Assembly: GCA_030535915.1 (NCBI GenBank)
Contig: JAUNQZ010000002.1
Span: 1 to 47,059, forward strand
Direction of reading: 5' to 3'
Length of the DNA: 47,059 nucleotides
DNA from: a bacterium
GTDB taxonomy: Bacteria > Verrucomicrobiota > Kiritimatiellia > RFP12 > DVOR01
Position numbers and translations under genes: made by a program. Under the pieces are notes generated by a model. It was not told the DNA's origin, did not search any database, and worked only from the letters and a program-made list of their open reading frames with translations. Shown in pieces: positions 27,931-36,053 of this stretch (positions are counted from its first letter, which is position 1; every line of letters begins with the position of its first letter).

Positions 27931-28806
27931 TTAAGAACCTGCAAAGCGACGCGAAGCAATCCATGCCCCACCCCACAATGAGAGAAAAAGTGAAATCCAG
28001 AATGTTCCCATTGAGGGATAAAGGATGAAGCACCACAACCCTTGTAAAGGAATGAGGCCTCGAATATACGCTGCAACACGTTTTGGAATCGGACAATGTC
28101 GGAAAAGTCCAGGAAGGAAGGTCACCGCTACGCAGAGGATAGGTAGCCCGGTAAACTTCCCATAAAACCATGAGAGTGGCAATAAGAAAAGCACCATTGC
28201 AAGGGGTAACAACCGCATGAAGAGATGCGTCCGTGCAGAGGGTTTAGCTTCGTTACGAGCGACAATCGAAACAATGAGGATATAGATGGTGAAGAAGAGC
28301 ATCGCCTGTTGAAGCGTGGTTGTTTCAAGCGGAAGCGCATCCCATGTCCATGTCATGGCAGCACCGAGTAAGACATTTAAGCCTCGGCAACAACCCATGA
28401 CCACCACCCCTAAGATTGCGATGCGTTTGGCCAAGAGATTATAAAAGAGAATCATTCCCAAGAGTGCAAGCCCTACAGGTAAGGCACCCGTCCATGCAGC
28501 GAGACCCAACGCAACCGCACTTAACGCACCACTTACCACAATCACCGCTCGTTTACTCACACGCTTCAAGGGGAGCGGACGCTGCGGGCGCTCTTTGGTA
28601 TCCGTTCGCACATCCAAGAGGTCGTTCAGCAAAAGTCCCACACTATACAATGCGAGCGAGGCAAGAATGGCAAACCAAGGGAAAACGCCCTTCATGCCGA
28701 CCATCACCCAACCGACAATGACATCCCCAGGGACAGTGAAAAGATTAGGCAAGCGTAGCAATTCCAGCCACGCCTGCCATGAAAAACGCTGTTTTTGATT
28801 CGCCAT
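27931..28806 (-). CDS. UbiA-family prenyltransferase-like membrane protein
   Basis: 291 aa and polytopic. The N-terminus has LRLPNLFT, and the first Asp-rich motif is NDLLDVRTD. I did not find a clear second Asp-rich motif. Confidence 0.8.
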   Translation of the reverse strand: MANQKQRFSWQAWLELLRLPNLFTVPGDVIVGWVMVGMKGVFPWFAILASLALYSVGLLLNDLLDVRTDTKERPQRPLPLKRVSKRAVIVVSGALSAVALGLAAWTGALPVGLALLGMILFYNLLAKRIAILGVVVMGCCRGLNVLLGAAMTWTWDALPLETTTLQQAMLFFTIYILIVSIVARNEAKPSARTHLFMRLLPLAMVLFLLPLSWFYGKFTGLPILCVAVTFLPGLFRHCPIPKRVAAYIRGLIPLQGLWCFILYPSMGTFWISLFLSLWGGAWIASRRFAGS

Positions 28807-28809
28807 AGA

Positions 28810-30348
28810 TTAGTGATGCTTCCGTCGCGCAAAGGTATTTCGAATCGAATCCAAGGTTGCCTTACGCTGCGCTTCCTTCGCCTTTTTCGCTTGATGTTCA
28901 CCGATCATTTGAACGACCGAATAGCCAAAATAAAGCACCGCTACAGCACCACCAATAATCGCCGCCCAAACCCACCATGGGGTTCCTTGATTTTCCAATT
29001 CACGCGCTTTTTGTTCTTGTGCGGTTTTTTCTGCTTCCGTTGCAGCGATGGCATCAACAATTTCCTTTTGCAATTGCTTCACGGCTTTCGTGACCGCCTC
29101 ATCGGTTGGCTTTAATTGTTGATAGAGGTCTTTATCATCTACGATACGGCTGTCGATTTTCGGCAACTTACACGTGTCAAGCGCATCCTCAAGCGCGGAG
29201 AGGCGTTCCTCCAAAGCTTCCCGTTCCATGCACGTTTCGACCTCTTTTTTCAAGGTCTCAAGGGCGTCCTCGCGTTCGCGGTGCCATTGTTGAATGAAGC
29301 CCGCCTGTGTGGTTTCCAACAATGGGAAAGCCTCAGAGGTTTGGCAACGCTCCATGGGCGAGAGGAGACGAATGAGCGCCTCCTCTGCGGTCTTTTCCGA
29401 TTGCGCCTCTTTAATGGCGCGCTGAATTTCATCCCGCATGCGCACTTTTTCAGGCGAATTGTGTTCTTTCTCAGCGAGCATTGTTTCTGCGATTTCACGC
29501 AAGGGTGGAACATAAGTCCAGGTTACCGCGGCTTGACATTCCTCGGGCAATGCATCAATCACCTCTAAGACTTTTTTAGGGTCGGTACGCGAATAAGACG
29601 AACTCTTGATTTTGCGAATTTCAGCTGCGAGTGCGAGGGTTTGTTTACGCGCATTTAAGTCCTCCGCGAACAACGTTTCGCTTTGGTTTCGCATCTCTGC
29701 GAGCAACGATTCGATGCGGGAGATTAAGGCTACTTTGTCAACGACACGGTGGAAATTTCCACACGTCGTGCAGGTCGCCGAACGATGCGCACACGCTTTA
29801 CAACGCTTGGAGCCATTACACGTTGTACATTTTTTACGCGTAGAACTTCCCAAGGTTGATTTCGCAGCCTCCATAATGTAGCCACGCCCTTTACACGTGG
29901 GACATTTTTTCGTGCCTTTACAAGTTGTACACTTGGAGGGACAATCCTCACATGGTTTCACAATCTCAATCACATCTGCGATATTTAGAAAGTGCGTTGG
30001 AGGGTTTGTCTTTTTATACGCATTGAAAGCATCTGCGTATTCCTTGAGAGGAGACGTCAACGCCACATAGAGCAAGTTATAGGCTTCAAGGTAAGGCAGC
30101 AATGATGCGTCCACATTGTCTTGATCCCATGTTGCGAGTTGCGTGAGGTCCCCCATTGCTTCGGTCGATTGTGTGAGACGGTCAACAAGGTCATGCAAAG
30201 CCAATTCGGGATAGGCACGCCCCTCCACCTCTGTCAACGACGCACAAAGGGTATCTATTTGGGTTTCCATCTCCTCCATCGATGCGGCGAGCGCCCCAAC
30301 CGATAAGAAGAGGGTTGAAAACAAAAGACAGACGCTTTTCTTCAACAT
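28810..30348 (-). CDS. Signal-peptide protein with a DnaJ-type Cys-rich zinc-finger cluster, long helical regions and a C-terminal TM anchor
   Basis: 512 aa. The signal peptide is MLKKSVCLLFSTLFLSVGALAAS. Six CxxC pairs lie at aa 133-196 (CEDC, CTTCKG, CPTCKGRG, CTTCNG, CKAC, CTTCGN). The TM segment is WWVWAAIIGGAVAVLYFGYSVV, followed by a basic tail. Confidence 0.75.
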   Translation of the reverse strand: MLKKSVCLLFSTLFLSVGALAASMEEMETQIDTLCASLTEVEGRAYPELALHDLVDRLTQSTEAMGDLTQLATWDQDNVDASLLPYLEAYNLLYVALTSPLKEYADAFNAYKKTNPPTHFLNIADVIEIVKPCEDCPSKCTTCKGTKKCPTCKGRGYIMEAAKSTLGSSTRKKCTTCNGSKRCKACAHRSATCTTCGNFHRVVDKVALISRIESLLAEMRNQSETLFAEDLNARKQTLALAAEIRKIKSSSYSRTDPKKVLEVIDALPEECQAAVTWTYVPPLREIAETMLAEKEHNSPEKVRMRDEIQRAIKEAQSEKTAEEALIRLLSPMERCQTSEAFPLLETTQAGFIQQWHREREDALETLKKEVETCMEREALEERLSALEDALDTCKLPKIDSRIVDDKDLYQQLKPTDEAVTKAVKQLQKEIVDAIAATEAEKTAQEQKARELENQGTPWWVWAAIIGGAVAVLYFGYSVVQMIGEHQAKKAKEAQRKATLDSIRNTFARRKHH

Positions 30349-30363
30349 CTCACACCTCTTCCA

Positions 30364-31143
30364 TTACCAAACGATTTCACGCGATTCAAAGACCGGACCA
30401 TCCACACAAACGCGTTTCAACACTTCCTCACCCTCGGGGGTACGGATTTTCTGGACGCATGCCAAGCACGCCCCCACCCCACAAACCATGTGTTTATCCA
30501 ACGAGAGCCAGCCTTTAATATTATACTTCATGGCGCGTTCACCCACGGCACGAAGCATGCCATCAGGACCACACGCATAGAGTTCCGCTGTTGGATTTTC
30601 TGCGAGCGCTTCATCCAACGGGAGGGTGACAAGCCCGGTTGTACCGAGCGAACCATCTTGTGTTGCGATACGCACCTCCCAACCCGCCGCGATGAAGCGA
30701 TCGGTTTCGAGGATATCTTGCGCCGTGCGCCCCCCAACGAAGAGGATGCCCTTTTGCGGTAAACGTGTCGCCAAGAACCACAACGGTGCAACACCATAGC
30801 CTCCACCCACCAAGTACGGCGTTCCCGAAGCTTCCAAAGGAAAGGGTGTACCGATAGGACCTAAGATATCCATTGTTGTTCCAACGGGGAGTTCGGCGAG
30901 TTTTTCTGTACCGAATCCAACCACCTTATAGAGCACATAGAGGAGGCCCTTCTCGGGGTCTGCATCATAGATACTAAAGGGACGACGCAAACGGGAAGGT
31001 TCAATCGAAGGGATGCGCACATGAACAAATTGTCCTGGCTGGGCGGCCGTTGCAATTTCCGGCACATGGAATGTCAACACGCGATAGCCTTGTGTTAAGG
31101 GGCGAACATGAATTAACTGAGCGGTTGCGTCGTACATAGTCAT
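30364..31143 (-). CDS. PyrK-like FAD/NAD(P)-binding 2Fe-2S oxidoreductase (family of the dihydroorotate dehydrogenase electron-transfer subunit)
   Basis: 259 aa. Motifs are RRPFSI (FAD), LVGGGYGVAPL (NAD) and the C-terminal cluster CGVGACLACV...VCVDGPVF. No pyrD or gltD-like partner is adjacent. Confidence 0.85.
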   Translation of the reverse strand: MTMYDATAQLIHVRPLTQGYRVLTFHVPEIATAAQPGQFVHVRIPSIEPSRLRRPFSIYDADPEKGLLYVLYKVVGFGTEKLAELPVGTTMDILGPIGTPFPLEASGTPYLVGGGYGVAPLWFLATRLPQKGILFVGGRTAQDILETDRFIAAGWEVRIATQDGSLGTTGLVTLPLDEALAENPTAELYACGPDGMLRAVGERAMKYNIKGWLSLDKHMVCGVGACLACVQKIRTPEGEEVLKRVCVDGPVFESREIVW

Positions 31144-31146
31144 CCT

Positions 31147-34100
31147 TTATGCTTGAGGAGTTGTGGGTGAATGCTCGGGTTGCGGCATTTCCATTGTCGC
31201 GGGAGGGGTTGCCTCCATGGGCGGGTTCATCGATTCGGTTGACATCGGCTGTGGCGTCTCGTAGGGTGGCGTTGTCGGCGAAGCTTCATGTTTCGCCGGA
31301 GGCGGTTGTGTTCCCTCCGAGGAAGCCGCGGAACGCACGGCAGGTGTAGATTGAATCTGATTGATGATCACACGAATCTTTTCTGGGAGGAACGAAGGAT
31401 CAAAGGACTTAATGAGTGCGACGAATGCGGGATCCGGAATAATCAACCGCATTTCCGCATCCACGGCAGCTGCTTCAGACATTCGCCCTTGCTTTGTCAA
31501 TTGAATCTTTTCTGTATCCAGCGCTTCAAGATGTTGAAGGGTCATATTAAACTTCTTCATCTTGTATTCCAAGTGGATTGACTTTTCACGCTGAATCATC
31601 GACCGCTGTAAGGTTGACAATGCCTTCAACTCATTTAAGGTATCGAATTCATTGAGGATATCCGTTTCCTTCAACGACTTTGTTTCCTTAAAGCGTTGCA
31701 ATTCCACAGAGACCGTTTCCCATGCATTGAAGTTACCTTCATGTTTGTAGCGTTCAATCAATGCCGTGAGAGAGGCGATGTATTGTTGCGGGCAATCTTG
31801 GAGGGCGACATTCATTTCCTCATCGATTTCATTTACCTTTTCAAGCAAACGCGTACGCCTTACAACCAATTCTGCGGCCTTCTTCTCATCGACCGTAATC
31901 CCCGCGACCGACATCAACGACGGATCCTTGTCAACGATGGTCTTTGCCCAAGCGGTTCCCGCCTTTACACGCGAGCTTTCTTGATCTGCGAGGTTAGCGA
32001 GTTCCAACTTATCATCCTTGGTGTAGGCGCTCTTGAGTTCTTCCAACGCTTCCAGATATTCACGCGCCGCTTTAATGACATTACTCGCACGCAAGAGGTT
32101 TTGATCGTAGAGAATTTTACGATAGCGTTGCTTCACCAACAAGAGACGCTCGGAATCATCGGGTATATCCTCTTCAATCTTGCGTGTCGCCTCTGCGCGT
32201 TCAAGGGCGCGAACAACAGCTTTAACACTATTGAAGTCCCCCGCCTTTTGAGCTTCTTGACGCAAAATGTAGAGTTCGTTGATATAGTTATTAATGAAGG
32301 TGTTCGCTTGTTGATTATACTGGGTGTCGCCATGTTTAATCGAGGAATCATACTTATCCTTGAGGACGCGGATTTCCTCTGGCAATTGAATGGTTGCTTC
32401 CGCCACGTGCGTTACCGTTGCATCCATCGGAAGCTTAAAGTATTTATCCGCGGCTCCGGAAAGTCCAATCGAACGATAAATTTTTTCACCCGGGCTATAG
32501 ATAACGCGTGCGAATGAATTCGGCTTAAAGGGTGCACCTGTCATCCATGCCGCCAATGGGATGGAGCACAAATAGAGCAACCCAACCGCGCCCATTGCAA
32601 TCCCCCAAAAGAGACGCTTAAGATTACGGTCATGACGAGCGATCGCTGCGCGTGCATCTTGATATTCGGGTTGGTCGCCATACTTCGGCGCGAGCGATTC
32701 AATCAAATGACGCGCCGTATTCCAATCGCGTGCACGCACACACTGACGAATCCGCACTAAATCACGCGAGAAGATTTTGGCAGGGATTTCTTTAAGTTCT
32801 TCCTCATAGACCAACATATCTTCATTGAGCGATTGGAACTCCGCAATGAAGGTCTGGGCGCGTTCATAATTCTCTGCTTTTAATTCATTTGGAATCAATG
32901 ATGCCAAACGATTACGACGCGCAACTTTGCGTTCGCCGTCTTCGACGCATTTTTGAGCATCGGCGAGCATCTTTCGACCCGTGGGACCCGAGGGGTCAAA
33001 GCCATGCAAACGGCTACGAATGGAAGCGAGACGTTCGAATCGACGATTATCCCACGCATCCTTCATCAAACGGATAATCGATGCCACATGTTCATACATT
33101 CGACAATCTGCACCACAAGAAGGACAATATTGTTGCCCCACAAAGGTATCGCCGCCACACTCAAGGCATTTTTCACTCCCGTCCCAACCACATTCTGCAC
33201 AGAATTTGGTCGCAACGGGATTGACCGCATCACACCATTTACAACGCCAAGTCGTTTTAATGGTGGGAGCGACCGCCTTCCCATGCGAAGCGGCTTCAGA
33301 GAGTGCTTTAATAAAATCATCTGCATTGCGATAGCGCTGTTCACGCACGGTCTCTAAGCTCCGACGCATGACTTCACGCAAGAAGGCCGGCACTTCCTGT
33401 TCACGATAATAGCGCGGATTACGACCGGTCAAGAGGAAGTAGAGCGTCGCACCTAACGAATAGATATCTGCACGCCCATCACTTGTTGAGGCGTCCTCTT
33501 CCAACTCCGGCGCCGAATAGCCGAGACTGATGAGTTTTTCACCCGGCGTTGTGATGTCATTGACAATGGTTCGACCTTCACGCGGTGCCAGACGCGCCAA
33601 GCCAAAGTCAATCAGCTTGGGTTCGCAACTCATATCCAACAGAATATTCGATGGCTTCAAGTCACGATGAATCACCCCGCAACGATGCGCATACGACATC
33701 GTCTTTGCAAGCTTAAGCAACATCGTAACCGCTTCATCCGAGGTCATCGGTCCGTTACGATTGATGTACTGTTCGAGAGAGAGACTCTTTTGGGGCGAAC
33801 GATCCGAATTCGTCGTCACCACCTCGGTTTGCACCGGTCCCGCCACATATTCCATGACGATATACGGACCCAAGGCGTCTTCACCGAGCGCGTAGATATG
33901 AGCGATATAGGCATGGTTCAATGCCGCAACAGCACGTGCTTCTTGCAAAAAGCGTGCACGTAAATTCATATCTTTCAACGAATTTTCATTCAATCGTTTA
34001 ATGGCGACATAGCGACCCAATCGGCGATCTTTTGCGAGGTAAACGACACCCATGCCGCCATCCCCGATTTTACCACAAATCGCATAATCATCTGCAGACC

Positions 34101-34281
34101 CACGCGTTACTGTTGTCGGCGGAGAAGCGGGTTGATTCTCCCCCTCGGGGTGCATCACCACCGTACGCGTGCTATTCTCCTGCGGATGCGAAACCACCGT
34201 CGGTGCAATCGCTCCTTGAGCGGTCGAAACCACCGTTGTTGCACTTATTGTCGCATTTGCAGTTGATGTTTGTTCATCCAT
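31147..34281 (-). CDS. Membrane-spanning Ser/Thr protein kinase with a double zinc ribbon and a large extracytoplasmic helical-repeat region
   Basis: Hanks kinase motifs are GDGGMGVVY, VAIK, HRDLKPSNILL, DFG and SAPE. CxxC pairs at ORF aa 351-393 give two zinc ribbons. The TM segment lies at about aa 561-584. The C-terminal tail is Pro/Thr-rich. The track ORF starts at a GTG (34293). The ATG at 34281 is preceded by TGAGGT. Confidence 0.9.
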   Translation of the reverse strand: MDEQTSTANATISATTVVSTAQGAIAPTVVSHPQENSTRTVVMHPEGENQPASPPTTVTRGSADDYAICGKIGDGGMGVVYLAKDRRLGRYVAIKRLNENSLKDMNLRARFLQEARAVAALNHAYIAHIYALGEDALGPYIVMEYVAGPVQTEVVTTNSDRSPQKSLSLEQYINRNGPMTSDEAVTMLLKLAKTMSYAHRCGVIHRDLKPSNILLDMSCEPKLIDFGLARLAPREGRTIVNDITTPGEKLISLGYSAPELEEDASTSDGRADIYSLGATLYFLLTGRNPRYYREQEVPAFLREVMRRSLETVREQRYRNADDFIKALSEAASHGKAVAPTIKTTWRCKWCDAVNPVATKFCAECGWDGSEKCLECGGDTFVGQQYCPSCGADCRMYEHVASIIRLMKDAWDNRRFERLASIRSRLHGFDPSGPTGRKMLADAQKCVEDGERKVARRNRLASLIPNELKAENYERAQTFIAEFQSLNEDMLVYEEELKEIPAKIFSRDLVRIRQCVRARDWNTARHLIESLAPKYGDQPEYQDARAAIARHDRNLKRLFWGIAMGAVGLLYLCSIPLAAWMTGAPFKPNSFARVIYSPGEKIYRSIGLSGAADKYFKLPMDATVTHVAEATIQLPEEIRVLKDKYDSSIKHGDTQYNQQANTFINNYINELYILRQEAQKAGDFNSVKAVVRALERAEATRKIEEDIPDDSERLLLVKQRYRKILYDQNLLRASNVIKAAREYLEALEELKSAYTKDDKLELANLADQESSRVKAGTAWAKTIVDKDPSLMSVAGITVDEKKAAELVVRRTRLLEKVNEIDEEMNVALQDCPQQYIASLTALIERYKHEGNFNAWETVSVELQRFKETKSLKETDILNEFDTLNELKALSTLQRSMIQREKSIHLEYKMKKFNMTLQHLEALDTEKIQLTKQGRMSEAAAVDAEMRLIIPDPAFVALIKSFDPSFLPEKIRVIINQIQSTPAVRSAASSEGTQPPPAKHEASPTTPPYETPQPMSTESMNPPMEATPPATMEMPQPEHSPTTPQA

Positions 34282-34289
34282 AAACGACC

Positions 34290-35135
34290 TCACGGTTGAC
34301 GCTGGAATGTAGTTGGATCTTGAGGAACAATATCAAAATTGGGTTTCCAATGTGGAGACGCCGCATAAAACGCCATGGGCGTATGATAGGTGATGTGTTC
34401 AATCACCGAAGCCTCAAAGCCATCCGCTTCAAGTTGTTTGACGACCTTGATTAACGAGAGCGGATCACTGATTCCCCAGTCCGCAGAACCATTCACAATC
34501 ACACGCTCATGCCCATGCTCACGAATCATTGCACTCACACGCTCCGGCGAAAGCTTCGAGTACGGATAGACCGTCATCCCTGCATAGCATCCACTCTCCA
34601 ATGCAAGCGCAATCGTTTCCTCAACATTATGGTCAATATCAATGCGCTCCGGCGTCAATCCCTCCGCTTTAATAATCTCAAGGACGCGTTTGATCCCTTT
34701 GAGTTTATTAAAGTGTGGCAAATGGAGAATCACCGGCATTTTGCGTTCTTCCGCCATGCGAAGCTGACGAACAAGTGCGTGCTCTTCATTTTCCGTGATA
34801 TTATTAAAACCGATTTCACCGAGAGCAACACAACGCGGGTGATCAAGGTATTCCCCCATCCCATCAATCACTTCATCTGCGAGCTTACGATCCTCTGCTT
34901 CCTTGGGATTCATACCAATTGCACTCCAGTGATCGACACCGAAGCGCGCCGCACGCGTGTCTTCAAATTCTAACGACAAACGAAAATAGTCAAAAAATGT
35001 CCCTGCATAACGACGATTCGCGCCTTGCCAAAAAGACGGCTCAACGCAAACACGAATCCCTGCTTCGCGCATCTTCATGTACTCATCGGTCGTACGCGAA
35101 ATCATGTGAATATGTGGTTCAATTATCGGCTTCAT
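34290..35135 (-). CDS. TatD-family metal-dependent hydrolase
   Basis: 281 aa. It shows the amidohydrolase pattern: an N-terminal HxH (EPHIHM), ALGEIGFN, ILHLPH, DIDHN and GSADWG. Confidence 0.8.
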   Translation of the reverse strand: MKPIIEPHIHMISRTTDEYMKMREAGIRVCVEPSFWQGANRRYAGTFFDYFRLSLEFEDTRAARFGVDHWSAIGMNPKEAEDRKLADEVIDGMGEYLDHPRCVALGEIGFNNITENEEHALVRQLRMAEERKMPVILHLPHFNKLKGIKRVLEIIKAEGLTPERIDIDHNVEETIALALESGCYAGMTVYPYSKLSPERVSAMIREHGHERVIVNGSADWGISDPLSLIKVVKQLEADGFEASVIEHITYHTPMAFYAASPHWKPNFDIVPQDPTTFQRQP

Positions 35136-35160
35136 TTTTCACCTCATTATTTTTCATTCT

Positions 35161-35169
35161 AGTATACCA
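35161..35169 (-). promoter_or_regulatory. Candidate extended -10 promoter of the six-gene operon
   Basis: On the minus strand, TGGTATACT lies about 25 nt upstream of the ATG at 35135. GAGGTG Shine-Dalgarno. Confidence 0.45.
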
Positions 35170-35296
35170 TATTTGAATCCTTTTTTATAGTCTTTTTTCG
35201 CTTTCCACAAAACCCTTAAAGAGAAAAAGCACCTCTCCCAAAAACACCTTCAATCACCCCCCAAAAGAATCCCCAAACACATCCCTTTTTTATCTC

Positions 35297-35449
35297 TTTT
35301 TGAGGTCTTACGCTCAATGCCTCAAAAGCCTTTAAAATCAAGACTGATGAAATTGAACTTCAAAGTCGCCCTTTTTGCTCGTCAATATGGGCGACTTTGA
35401 GCTTCAAAAAGGGCGACTTTGAAAAACGCCTTCATCGCGACCTCAAAAA
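35297..35449 (+). repeat. Interspersed palindromic element, copy B (153 bp, MITE/REP-like)
   Basis: Perfect 11-bp terminal inverted repeats are TTTTTGAGGTC (35297-35307) and GACCTCAAAAA (35439-35449). The internal arm CAAAGTCGCCC (35361-35371) faces two copies of GGGCGACTTTG (35389-35399 and 35411-35421). Multi-block identity to the inverted copy at 2380-2506. Confidence 0.8.
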
Positions 35450-35532
35450 CCTCCTTTATGAAACGCCTCTTTTCCCCTCCCTCAACGCCCTCACATTTTA
35501 GAAAACAAAGGCGGGGTCCATTCAATGCAACA

Positions 35533-35559
35533 ACCGCCCTTACCATTGGCAAAGGCGGC
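35533..35559 (-). terminator. Possible terminator hairpin after the secretin operon
   Basis: On the minus strand, GCCGCCTT-(10 nt)-AAGGGCGGT (one bulge) is followed by TGTTGCATT. It lies 27 nt after the orf155 stop. The U-tract is poor. Confidence 0.3.
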
Positions 35560-35585
35560 TGTCAAAAGTGCTCAAAAACAATCGC

Positions 35586-36053
35586 TTAATAACCGCGTGT
35601 AGAGAGCTCTTGCTGAAGCATCTGCTGGAAGGTACGAGCATCCTCCGCCGAAGGCTTATAACCAATCGTATTCGGTTCAAAATTAAAGCGACCCATTTGG
35701 TCAAAGAACCACTTCCCTTTTTCACCATCCGAGAAGGTCACCCCACCGGAAACCAGTGCTCCAGGAATCACCTGAATCGTATCAACGGTAATCCCCACCG
35801 CACCGGTTGGAATCGGTTTTTGTTCTTCCGCACCCGGTTTCGGCGGAAGCTTTGCCTTGGTCACATCGTCCGCTTCAACTTGTGCTTCACGATCTTTCAA
35901 TGTCGCCCCGATGTCCATCACGAGCATACGCACATCAAAGAAGGTCATCTGAAGGTTAAACTCCGAGCGCAATTTCTTCTGGACCTCGCTGAGAGAATCT
36001 CCCTCAGCGACCCATGTACGAACGGCGTCAAGCTGTTCTGGCGTAAGACTCAT
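35586..36053 (-). CDS. Hypothetical 155-aa protein translationally coupled to the secretin gene
   Basis: ATGA overlap with the gspD stop. No signal peptide or TM segment. The helical N-terminus (LTPEQLDAVRTWVAEGDSLSEVQKKL) looks HTH-like. A charged Pro-rich linker follows, then a Gly-rich C-terminal region that looks beta-rich. Confidence 0.7.
   Translation of the reverse strand: MSLTPEQLDAVRTWVAEGDSLSEVQKKLRSEFNLQMTFFDVRMLVMDIGATLKDREAQVEADDVTKAKLPPKPGAEEQKPIPTGAVGITVDTIQVIPGALVSGGVTFSDGEKGKWFFDQMGRFNFEPNTIGYKPSAEDARTFQQMLQQELSTRGY

Noticed and set aside
26667-35135. Identification of the six-gene operon as an ebo (eboA-F) cluster
   Set aside because: Only TatD-like and UbiA-like members are present. 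No EboA, sugar-phosphate cyclase, TIM-barrel isomerase or phosphatase-family genes are present, and the two shared genes are not adjacent. The resemblance is noted but not claimed.
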